DNA from: Phoronis australis
Taxonomy: Eukaryota; Animalia; Phoronida
Direction: 5' to 3'
Length of the DNA: 46,758 nt
Assembly (NCBI GenBank): GCA_002633005.1
Contig: NMRA01000351.1
Location: 123,374-170,131, forward strand
The notes under the pieces were generated by a model. That model was not told where the DNA came from and did no database searches. It saw only the letters and a list, made by a program, of their open reading frames with translations. The number at the start of each line of letters is the position of its first letter. Positions within the stretch are counted from its first letter, which is position 1. A program made the translations under genes and the position numbers. Positions 12,166 to 23,529 of this stretch are shown here, one piece after another.

Positions 12166-13604
12166 GAATTGTCCGTTTGCACCATTAAGACGTTTAAATT
12201 AGGCCTACCTTCTTATGAACTTGGCATTTTTTGTAGTCTCATTCCATAAAGGTAGCTTTCATTTAATTTTGAAGGTAGCATGGATCACTAAGTCGTGGTA
12301 TTATTACAAAACATTACAAGTCTGGTGTGGTAGTTGCAAAAATAGGGTATTTACAAAAATAACTCAAATTCTTTTTTAAAGCTTCATAAATCTAAATATC
12401 ATGTTTGAATCACTCCAAAATGAGCTCTCTCTAACTCTACAGACATAGTGAATACTAGAGGTACACGTCAAAAAGTAATTCAATAGTTTATTTTTAGTGA
12501 CAACAGCTCGACCAAGGCTTTGAGTTCCGGCAGTAACTGATCCAGTGCCCTTCCCTGTGCTGATCGAATCTCTGAATTTTGACCGGGAGAGAAGTTCAGT
12601 TGAACGCCAGCTTACGGTTTATGAATAACAAAACTGTACCTCTGATACGAAACAAAATAATATCCATTAGGTTGAAATAAATAAAAAAAACGTAAAATAA
12701 AAATGTCCTTGAAAACAACAATTTCCGGGGACTACCGCTAGAGTGCTGAGATCCAGCAGGTGCCGAGACAAAGGCGGTCAGACGTAGCCAACTCGGGAGT
12801 CAATATATGAGATAGCCCTGCACCATAGCCACCAAGCTGAAAATTGCGTATCTTGGAACTAATGTATTTGTGTTTATTATAGCCTTCGAGTTATCAAGCA
12901 ACATCGCTAAGCTCAGCTGCTCGTGTGGCCGTACAGTTTGATCGATAGTTTACACTTTTCAACATCATTTTTCGGCTTAGGACATGCCAAAAAATGACGG
13001 GATATTATTCTGGAGCAGCATAACGGCTGTCTGTGCTACACACGTCATATCAACACCGTTTCCTCATTCTTTCTTGAGCTATAGACTAAAGTAAGTTTTA
13101 CTCGACTGCGTGTGGTTTGTCGGGTAAAATGGCGGCTTGGAAACGCAGACGAAGGTGTGCCAAGAATGCTGCGTTCTGATTGGTCAATTAAGCCGTCCGT
13201 CATAATCCTGGCGATAGGTCAATTAGGTAAAGACAATTCCAGTGAAAACCACTTTAAGCTCAAAGCGCCAAGATGTTACCATTGTGTACTTCAGTAAGAT
13301 TACTTGTACTAAACGACTCAAAACCCCTTGAGAAATATTCTACCTCCCTTGCTTGTTTAAAACTTTACTTACCGACAACTTCAACTGGACATGGTTGTTA
13401 TACATATTAACGTTTTAAAGGTTGAAACTCTTCGGTTAACAGCTCGAAATAAGTATCTACTAAACATGACGAAATGCACCTTTAAATGAGGACAGTTCTC
13501 ACGCCGCTTATGTTTTGGATTTATTTCTGAGTAAAATCTGTGTTCAGATTAAAAGCTTATTTGAAAATAAATACCACCTGGTATTGTAATCTAATTTGTT
13601 GCAG

Positions 13605-13835
13605 GCAAATGTTTTAGCAAGGCGCGAGGCGAAGATGAAAGAACGAGCGCAGACAGAAAAGGGCGATGGGTATTTATCACGTTGCTCGCGGTCACCATGC
13701 ACAGCTCAGAAGATCGACAGAATCTCTCGTGTTTTGTTTCCTGTGGCCTTCATAATTTTCAATGTTCTTTACTGGTTTGTATACGAGTTAAGCGAAACGC
13801 CTGGGTCGTTTAAGTTCAACCACATCTTTAACTGA
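13605..13835 (+). CDS. Cys-loop chloride channel, last exon (M3-M4 loop, M4, stop)
   Basis: ttgttgcag|gca. Encodes ANVLARR...AQKIDRISRVLFPVAFIIFNVLYWFVY...stop. The seven exons total 1117 nt, i.e. 1 nt plus 372 codons, so the frame is intact. Confidence 0.93.
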   Translation, partial: ANVLARREAKMKERAQTEKGDGYLSRCSRSPCTAQKIDRISRVLFPVAFIIFNVLYWFVYELSETPGSFKFNHIFN

Positions 13836-14067
13836 AATTTATTGTACACTATTATTTATGCAATTATAACACGCTGTTGCAAAATTTACACGTTATTGTC
13901 AAAGTATGCAGGTAAAACGGTAAACTACGGCGATTTCTAAAACTTGAATGTTGACACAAGAAGACAAACTCCTTCGTTTCCTGGAAAATATAATAACGTT
14001 TTATAAATTGAAGATTGCTAGAATCTGCCGTTGCTGTTACTTGAACTTCAAAACATATTTAACGCCA

Positions 14068-14845
14068 CCTAATTTTCGGACTCAGAATTGAACTCTAAAT
14101 TATTTTTGACATTTTCGTTTTCTTTTTATTGCGAAATCAATGTAAGTGTATGTTTTCTAAGCTTGAGTGTGCAATGCCATGCTGATGAGTGCTTAGCTCA
14201 ACTGCGCACTTGATGACCACTCGATTCAAGCTACAAACTCGAGTAAAAACTCGTCATTTCGACTACAAGGCCCTGAATCTAATCTTGCACTGGAAACGAA
14301 CTCAATATTATTTTTGGCAGTTTCTCTGCTACTTTTGTGCGAAGTCAAGATTAGTGGTTATGAGACTATGCCCGAATACATTATAGTTTACGCATATGAG
14401 TTTATAGTCCAGGTTTGCACTTGGTAATCCTTATATTCGTGCTACAAACTCAAGAAAAAACTCGAAATTTCGTATTCAAACTCGAACACTTAGCTTTACT
14501 ATTGGGTTTATTAACTGCTAACTAGTAGGGCGAAAATTATAAATGAAATTCATTATGTACTATAGCGTAGACTAATAGAAACTTATTGTAAGTTCGCACA
14601 AAAGTAAAGTAGAAATGCCAAACATAATTTCGAGTTCCATTTCGGGTAAAAACATTAGAGACCGGGCCCAGACGTTACAGTGTTAAGTCTGAGTTCATCA
14701 AGTGAGTGCCAAAATTAATTAGGCATCCACGAAAACGACAGTGTACACGAGCGCAGACTAATACACTTATCTTAAGTTCGACCAAAGCATAATGGAAAAT
14801 GTCAAAAATAGATTCAAGTTCAGTTTCCAGTATAGAAATTAGACA
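14068..14845. repeat. Degenerate palindrome built from about 200-bp subunits (old foldback element)
   Basis: About 14269-14382 matches the reverse complement of about 14554-14668, and about 14068-14177 matches the reverse complement of about 14739-14845. The two left units also resemble each other (gaactc..attatttttg(a/g)ca....tgcgaa). Confidence 0.65.
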
Positions 14846-15783
14846 GAGGCAGTCAACGACTTATTGACCAGCACCCTCTGAAGTTTAAAAAAGAAGATAG
14901 GATTGTCAAGATTGGCTGCCATTTTAGAGGTATTCGTCTTATGGACATTAAGGGGTCAGTTAGAGTTGCTTAAATGGGAATAATGCGTTCTTAATGCTAC
15001 GTTTAGTGAAATGAAGATGTCAACACCTGGCAGAATATTGTTGCGTCTTTTAAGACGTTTAAAACTGATATTAAACTTACTGTTCCTTTGGCGAATATGT
15101 GGTGTACTATGGAACAATAGAAAGCGATGTAAGGAGCATGGGTGCACATCTCGGATCTGCATTTATGAGTCCTTCCATTGAGTAAACAGGAAGGTGCAAA
15201 CTGACTACAATAGAGAAGACATTTCTGGGACGTAATGACATCTTTTTCAATCCATTTACGCCGTTTTCTGTTATTCCGTGTATAGTATATACTCCATTGG
15301 AACAGTTATTAAGGTGCTCCATGATAACTAAAATATACATCTTTAATTAAAGAAGCGTAAAAAACGCTTGCTTTCCTGTTTGAGAAATAATCGCTTGATA
15401 ATGAAACATAACAGATGTGATTGAGATTGCGAATCGCTTAATAAACAAGATAAGATGTGATTGCCCTAATAACTGTGAGTGTTGTCTTGCGACAGAGAGC
15501 GAACTGTACAGTCATTACGTCTCTCTTCATATTCAGTTATACCGCTATTTGACACGGCTAAGACATAAAGACGCTATAAATCCTTTCCTAGTACCAACTT
15601 TACTCATAAGCATATTTACTCAGTTAAAGAATCACCATGGCGGTCTTTGTTTGAAGTGAAATTGCTTACAAGAGATCCTTTGGAGTTCCTCTCACGACCA
15701 TATTCATTCAATGTCATACTAAACCCTCGCGACAACTACATATGCGTGTCTGAAACAATAACAGACTGCTGAGTTATTCCTAA

Positions 15784-18148
15784 GGTAGGTGTATACACTG
15801 GTCAAATCTCCAGGTTCCTAACTAAAATGAGTAAAAAGGGAGTTTTAACTAGTTAGACATGACTCTGAAAGTGACAAAAATCGAAAAAAATAATTTTTTG
15901 TAGTTCGTTTTCAAAAAAAAATCGTATTTCCAAAAAATTCAATTTTACCTCGATTTTTTTTTCAAAATGCACAGGGATTATCATCAACTGTTTCCTTACG
16001 CAATATTCTACTTATCCATACCAAATATATGTATAAAATCATTATGATCTTGATTTTGCGGCATTTTTTGCATGTGAGTTGAGGCAAGCACGCCACTTAT
16101 TGTCATTTGGTCACTTTCCGTCTAATAACTAAAAATCTGGTCCATGTATCAAACATGTGTTGATTGTTTATGCAATTCATCTGAACTCTCTACTCAGTGT
16201 AGTAAAAGACTCTCTAACTATAAGACACAGACCTATTTGTTAGTATTCCAATATTATCATCAACCAATATATGTGTTACATCAAATCGCCGCGTTACCGT
16301 CTACATAACAAAATTGGCGACGAGGATAAAGAACTACTTTCTAATGGTTCAACATTTTTACGTGCCTGTACCGAATGGACTTTGGGATAAGAAAAAATCA
16401 CTTTCTGGGCAAATAGCGTCGTTTGGGTGAGATTCTCAAGTTACCAAAGTTTCTTATATTGCTTTCCTCTAAAATCGTATAATATCATGAGTTTTAATTC
16501 AGGGATACGTTTGAATCTGTGCACTAGAAAAATTTTGTTATCTTGAACACTGGGTCATTTCTCTAATTCTTTGGGTTATGGCCAGTGGCAAGTTAAAAAA
16601 TCCCCTGGGTTTGACAGCCTAGTTTCTCCACGGCGCGTTCCCAACACAGACGCACGGTTTATCTGCAAAGACTCTATAGACCGGGATCCCAGAGCTTTTT
16701 TGGGCATGAAAAGGTAACCAATTTTCTTTGGTGCCACAGTGCTCTGTGGGTATCCTGATGCTTGGAAATGGCCGTCTGGCAGGTTTGCTCTGGTGGGTGT
16801 CGTCAGGGGAGCCAAGAGAATTACACTAAAAAATTGAGCTGGATCAACTTTTCTGGTAACCACTTAAAACTGCCGTCGATACCTGCTACGTCATCCATTG
16901 TATCAAAATTGGTCACTGCCAGACAATTTCAGTGGTGGGGAGTACCCACCAGACGAACATATACAGGGTACAAAAATTGAGCTAGATCAATCCAAGAGGT
17001 AACCACTTGATGCTGAACATCGTGCAATTGGTTTCAAACGGTTACCTGATGGGTTGATCTAGCTCAATTCAGGTATTTGGGCGTGTCTGGCGGGGGTAAC
17101 CCACCACTAGATTTGTCTGGCAGTGCTCATTCGTGATACCTGAGCTTACGGTGAATATTTTGCGACTGGTTTCAAGCGGTTACCTCTTGGATTGATCTAG
17201 CTCAATTTTTGTACCCTGTATATGTTTGTCTGGCGGGTACTCCCCACCTCTGAAATTGTCTGGCAGTGACCAATTTTGATACAATGGATGACGTAGCAGG
17301 TATCGAAGGCAGTTTTAAGTGGTTACCAGAAAAGTTGATCTAGCTCAATTTTTGAGTGTAATTCTCTTGGCTCCCCTGACCACACCCACCAGAGCGAACC
17401 TGCCAGACGGCCATTTCCAAGCATCAGGATACCCACAGAGCACTGTGGCACCAAAGAAAATTGGTTACCTTTTCATGCCCAAAAAAGCTCCGGGATCCCG
17501 GTCTACTACTCTGATGGCATGTAGTTGTCCATGTGTCGCGCGCGCGGCTTATCACCACAGCGCGTGCATGCACTCTCAACGAATCGCGCAACACCACCCA
17601 CGTCGACGCTCAGTGTCCTCTTGCAAGACACCTCACCTAACCGACTTCTCTTGAACATGCATAATTTCTGCACTGACTCCTCAAGCTGAGTGCAGTGATG
17701 GCTTCAGTAGGACTTGGCGTACTCAACTTCAATTTCATTTTTTTTGCAGATAGACAAACAGGCTCAGGCTCGGAACAGGAGCTAGTTCACCATTTCACTA
17801 CCAACTTTCACATGGTCAAAAATAGAATCATTTTATTCTTGGTCTTGATATAACATCAATATCAGCTGGTACAGCACTCTCGATTGCCAGGTTACGCAAC
17901 GTTTGTTAACAGGGTTAGATTAGAGCTACTGTCCTTGTATAAGCTCCGCCCCAGTTGTCAGTCACTGAGCTGGTGAGCACTCAAGCCATATGACTTACTG
18001 AAGCTTGGTCAAATGTAGCTAAAAACAACTTTCAGATTTTCAGAAAGATTTTATTTTCCTTCAGTATACTATGCATCAAGAATTAAAGATTAAGATGACA
18101 TAAAAATGTAAAAAACAGTCAAAATATTTTTTTTTGTATCCACCTATC
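15784..18148. mobile_element. Possible old non-autonomous DNA element hosting the Academ-like MITE
   Basis: GGTAGGTGTATACA at 15784 versus reverse complement GATAGGTGGATACA ending at 18148 (12/14 match). No clear TSD. Confidence 0.3.
16677..17505. mobile_element. Academ-like foldback MITE
   Basis: TAGACC...GGTCTA termini with a 3-bp CTA duplication on both sides. Near-identical TIRs of about 333 bp (16677 to about 17010; about 17172 to 17505) made of about 140-bp subrepeats. TAG..CTA ends with a 3-4 bp TSD are characteristic of Academ. Confidence 0.85.
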
Positions 18149-20444
18149 GGCTGGGAAATATTTGTAATCCGAGTAAGGAACTGGATAAGCCCAGTTTTGT
18201 CACAGTGAGTCGCTGCCACATGAAGGTACCAATTAATTGGCTGCTGTAACTTTCGTTCGGCAGTAAAAGCGAACTTTTGATTAAGAGCACTACCGCTTTG
18301 ATATTTGTTCCAACCTGACTGTTACTAAGACGAGCTGGGGGTTCCTGTGTTCGCTGTTCCTTGACACCAGCGCATAAAATGACCCCCTCCCCGTCAAGTC
18401 AACTGGTAAAGCCTGTCGTTTCAAGCAACAACGAAATGTCGGTGTATTCGAAGCCCTGAAGTTTGACTCGGGCAGAACTTGAGGCCAATTTCCTAACGGT
18501 AAGTGGCCTAGATCGAAACTTATTTTTTGTGATGGATGGCGAGTTTAAAGCAGTATTTTACATAATGTTTCCAACCTTTCTCAAATGCAAAACTGAGCAA
18601 AACGACGTTATTCGACTAGAACGTTTTCAAATGGGGAAGTGAATACAATCAGAAGAGGCTGTCAAACTATATTTTAGATTGTCTGAAGCTTGCTGCATCC
18701 TCCTGTCACCGAGGGAAAATTTCAGCGGGCAATTGTCATTAGACAGGTGCGACATGGTTTACTGGTGTATGATCGATAAACAACTTCTTTCAGCTTGCAA
18801 TACTACTTGAAAATCAGATCAACAGATCACAGGCCTATATCCACGTCTACTGACCTATTCCGAGGCTGTATGTCTTGCTATGACAGAACACTTTGTACAT
18901 CTCAGTCAGTGACCAAAGCCATACTGGCAGAGATTTAACAGACTGTTGTAAAACCCCCTCGATCCCGCACCCTACGACTCACAACCCTCACACCCTGTGG
19001 CAATAGATTATCTTTGCGCGTTTTTACACATTTCATCATCACATAAGGTCGCTGAATGACTTTTCTATAATACGTACATACACGTGAATCTGCTCTGGCT
19101 CAAGTCTGGTGGTTAAAAACAGAAAGTATAAGGACAGGATCAGAAATAGCGAACTCTGAGCGTGCTATCGTTGTCATGGAAACAGTTCCACGAGCGGCCA
19201 ACAATGACTCTGTTCTACTGAACTTAGGGAGAGAGTATGTTAACGTGAATGGCAAAACTTGACATTTTTATTATTTGCTTTCTGTTGTACATGTATACTC
19301 GTTTGCAATTTACTCCTTGTAACGCAGTATTTACTGAAGAAATTACTTATTCGTCGGTTCCTCGCACTCTCCCCAAAAATCTTGAATCAACCATTTACTA
19401 AAGAGCAGACGAGGCTATGACACTTTGCCGAGAATGACATCAATTTTGTAATATTGGTAGGCCTTTGATTTGGTTGGTATTGTTTTTGTGTTTTAGGACT
19501 TCAAACTTGCCGAATTGGCTCTCTTAATTGCAAGAAAAACAGGAAAAAGACTCGTTGGTATTATAGGCTATAGTCCCAGCTCTCCTATATTTCACCTCCG
19601 TGGCTACTTTTGGGGAGCAACGGGAACTTTTGCATTAAACCCATCTACAGATGTTCAAAAGTCAATTGCAAAAAAGTTCCCAAGAATACACTTGCACGTT
19701 TAGTAATAATTTTAAGTTAAATGTTTGACAAATTTAGCCTAAACTAATATGTTAGGCACCAGGTGTCAGTGAAAAATGATCAGAACAGCCAATTAAATGC
19801 CAGGAAAATATTGTGTCCGTATCTTTCCATTCCCAAATTGTCTGCTTCATGAAAGCACTCGTCAGAGGACATCCAACTGATGTTATCCTGTTGGCTTGGC
19901 TAACTTGTTTACAGCTACGGTCTACATTGGAAAATGTTAATTCTTGGGTGGGTGTTCAAATAATTGGCAACTACCAAGGGCCAAGACTCAAAAACCAGCA
20001 GGCAGTAGATTGGAATTGAGGAAAGCCAAATCAATTAGCAAGTGTCGTTACACTGACATACATACAATTCTTGGCATGTTTCTGAATCCTTTTGTGCTTC
20101 CTCAAACAGCTGTTTTGGGCCAGCTAGGAAGGCCACTGCTGAAACCATGCCTTATTGACTTATGCGACTTCACAAGAGACTGGCAAGATGTCTGCTCCCT
20201 GTTGCATTCATGTCTCAGATTCTGCTCAAAATTCTGAGCTCCTGGAATTTTCAGATATTACGTGGTGTGAGGCAAACAAATGGATCAACAGTGAATGCAA
20301 GGAAAGTAATATTGGTGAGAAGTTTTTATGTTTTTCTGAAAAACAGAGCTATTCTACCACAGTATTTGAATCAGTATTACAGACACTTAATGGATGTATC
20401 AAAAATCGAAACAGCTGATGAAGGACACGATGCTGAACCCACTA

Positions 20445-20580
20445 CAGTGTCGGATTTGGAGAGGGGCTAAAATTCTCCCAGATTCCATTTGACAGTTCGG
20501 GGGTGCGAATGTGTGGCTGGCAAAATCCTAATTAATACTATGCCCTGGCCCCCCAACTCAAAATCCTAGATCCGCCCCTT
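20445..20580. mobile_element. hAT-like mini-MITE with 5-bp TSD, nested in the Academ element
   Basis: Runs CAGTGTCGGATTTGG ... CTAGATCCGCCCCTT. CACTA is duplicated at 20440-20444 and 20581-20585. Confidence 0.78.
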
Positions 20581-21388
20581 CACTAGAAAATTAAAGAGAC
20601 TGGCACTATCGATTCCATTTAAGAGTGCTCAAAGAAATGTATATGTGTTGCTACCACAATGTATCATTTGCCACAAATCAAAGTCCATTACAGAGAACTT
20701 CACAAACAAACGAAAACTTGAAAAGCTATCCCATTTCCAAACATTCACTAGTAAATAGGCCTACCTATTCTTAATTCAAAAACCATCATTTATGGTAAAA
20801 AATCTTTAGTTTGGGACAGAGAAAAAAGAAGTAGTTTAGTTGATAAATTTACAATATTAGCCGTTCCAATCTCAAAGATACTGGCTGTGTTTTTTACCTA
20901 CATGTGAGTGATCAGCTCTGCTCTTTATGAACCTCCAAACCTATTTTCTGACACTTTTGTGTAAAAACATGAGCTATATATATGTGAGAAATATAAACAT
21001 GCAAATATTGCTCGTGTTCTGTAATTCGTTATCTTAAAAATTCAAATTCTGCTCAGATTTCAGTGTCTCACATTTTGGAGCTTCTTGAATTGGATAATTT
21101 TTAGTGTAGGGAAATTTTTACTCTTTCAATTATGTGCTATCAAAAACAGGAAGCGTCAAAAGAAATTTTAGGTCTACAGTTAAGACGATTTTTAATTTCA
21201 CAAAAAACTATAACCAAAGTTACTATTGCTCTGTTTTCAAAGGTTGAACTACGGTATTAAGGATGATACAATTTTTTATGTCTTAAATTGGCATCAATGC
21301 TAGTAAGGTTGCTTATTTCTCTTAATGCTTACTTTTGCTGAGCACGTGATCAAATAAAATTTCACTTGTTGGCCATACTGTGCTAAAG

Positions 21389-23065
21389 TTAAAGGAGAAT
21401 GCCACCCAATTCAATTAGTCTTTTTTGCCGTCTTTAATCGGTCTATATCCACATCGCCTCGCATACTGTTGACCTTACCTTGCCAAGAGGTGTCGCGTTA
21501 ACCTGTGAGGAAGGTGAGAAACGACGCTAGCGACGTCAATGGTTCATATGCAGAGTGAATGCCGCTATGTTGCGGTGCGTCGTTCCCGCTTGTCCGAACT
21601 AAGCAGCTGCGAAGAAAGCGGGTATATCGTTTTTTTACTTCTTCGAGAGTCCGAAATGCTTAGAAAGTGGCTCATGGTAGTGAAGAATTAAATGTACGCT
21701 GTAAATAGCAAGTATGAGGCCGTGAAACATCTCCGTGACTGTGGCCTGCAGACGTCGACAGTGCCTGACGAATGTCGGCTTACCAAATAACTCCATACGT
21801 TCCGTTGTCTGAGCTTGTTCACGGCGCCTCTGCAGTATTTCTTCATCACTGCATTCCTGTTCAAATTGATATCCTGTAAAACTAAACGATCCACCTGCGA
21901 AGTCGGGACTGATGAGCTCTAGCTTGTCCTAAGTCGGGATATTGCGACGGTTGCCATGTTGGCGTTTATTACTGAGCGTTCTGTTTCAAAATGAATTATT
22001 CTAACCAATACTTATATAAAACTGAAACAAAGTCTGCCTCATTAGATGCAATTTGTAATGCCTTTTGAGTGTTCGTGAGTGCAAATGATTTAAGAATCCA
22101 GCAATGAATAAATCACTGCGTTACCGGCTTTAGCTGCAATAAAACTAATTGACAGGACACCGAAGCCGTGTGAGCTCATGCTAATTTAGTGTTTGCTGGT
22201 AGGAACTGTTGTGAAACAACTCGATTTCCATCCCACGGCCAGGTGTTAGGGTCAAATCTTAATTTACATTTACATTACTCAAATAATGATTGTCAATGTA
22301 CAACTTCTGCCCTGACGGTGCTGTGGCCAAAGCGGAACCTGAATTCGCGGCCACCGACGATTAAGTAGATATGCAGTTTCGTGGCTAATTCACCAACATA
22401 ATGACGTGCACATTCCTTTGGCTCACTAGTATAGTATTTTCTTGACTGGAAGTTTAGTTTCCACTGAACTTTGGCTGGTTTATATTCGTGATGTCTGATC
22501 ACAGTTTCGGAGCCACTGGCCGGGATAGTCAATCCGGCCCGCCGGCCGCGACGGGCCTGATCGAGCTCCGAGCCACTGGCCAGGATAACAAGCGTTTTGT
22601 GTTTAGAACTAAAAAAATCACAAATCTAAACGACACAGATCTATATTCTCCTGTCTGTATCTCACGGAAATACTTCGAAATTATCTCCGAACAGACCCCA
22701 AACTCCTACTAGGGACCTTATTGGCCTGCCGAACTTTGTAGGCTACGGTGTGCCCAAATACCAATAAATCCGTAAGAGCGAAATAAAACAACACGTTTTT
22801 ATAAGAACTCGGTGTATTTTTAAGGGTTTAACAGCGAAGTTTGATTATTTATTGGTGTTAAACGATAACTTCAAGCGATAAGCTGACACCAGTAACCCGT
22901 GTTGTGAACTGCTGAACAGACTGCGTGTGAAACCGATGACGTCATTAGATAATTTCAACACCTCCGTCTGCCGTCAGGTGTCAGGTAACGCAACCTTATG
23001 GAGTAGAAATACTCGATCTAAATTGATACAAATTAGGTTGTTTTTTGGGTGGCATGCTCCTTTCA
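21389..23065 (+). mobile_element. Kolobok-like MITE family A, nested in the Academ element, with an insert of about 230 bp
   Basis: Runs ttaa-AGGAGAATGCCACCC ... GGGTGGCATGCTCCT-ttca. Colinear with 9960-11135. The segment at about 21750-21978 is absent from the other copies. Confidence 0.85.
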
Positions 23066-23529
23066 GAGAATTTTGGTTATCTGTTTTAGTAAAAGTGTGA
23101 AATATTTAGATGAAACGCTATTCAGGTTGACAAGAAAAATTTTATTCCGGGTAGGGTGCAGGATTGCAGAGATATTTTTTTAAACTTTGTCATTAAAGTT
23201 GGGCTCAACATTATTTTGCGTTTCCTGGTCAACTCATGGAATAAATTGAACAGTTTGTATGCAAGCTGTACGGCGACTCGTCATCAGCAGTTAACAAAGC
23301 ACGCTACCACATATTCAGGTTAAAATCTGTGATGGAATCATCTCTGCCTCCTAATTGTGATTGTTTGCTGTTACATGCCAAAAGAGCAAACTACCAGTGT
23401 GTCACAAACGAGCCTTGCAACAACATGTCAGTGCACCATCTCCAGTTGGTAACGAGTGACTTCTGGAGTAGAGTAGTCTGTATTTCCACTGGATGACTAT
23501 GCCTTTAGCCCCGGAAAATGTTGCGAAAC

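Noticed and set aside
16830-17350. Regularly spaced repeats resembling a CRISPR array
   Set aside because: The intervening sequences are also homologous, orientation flips mid-array, the context is eukaryotic, and no cas genes are present.
16576-17654. Two near-identical ORFs on opposite strands (MVTRKVD...)
   Set aside because: They are a by-product of the MITE's inverted repeats, start at GTG, and have no protein features.
21905-21950. CTGATGAG as a hammerhead core (also CTGACGAG near 43765)
   Set aside because: No stem II followed by GAAA.
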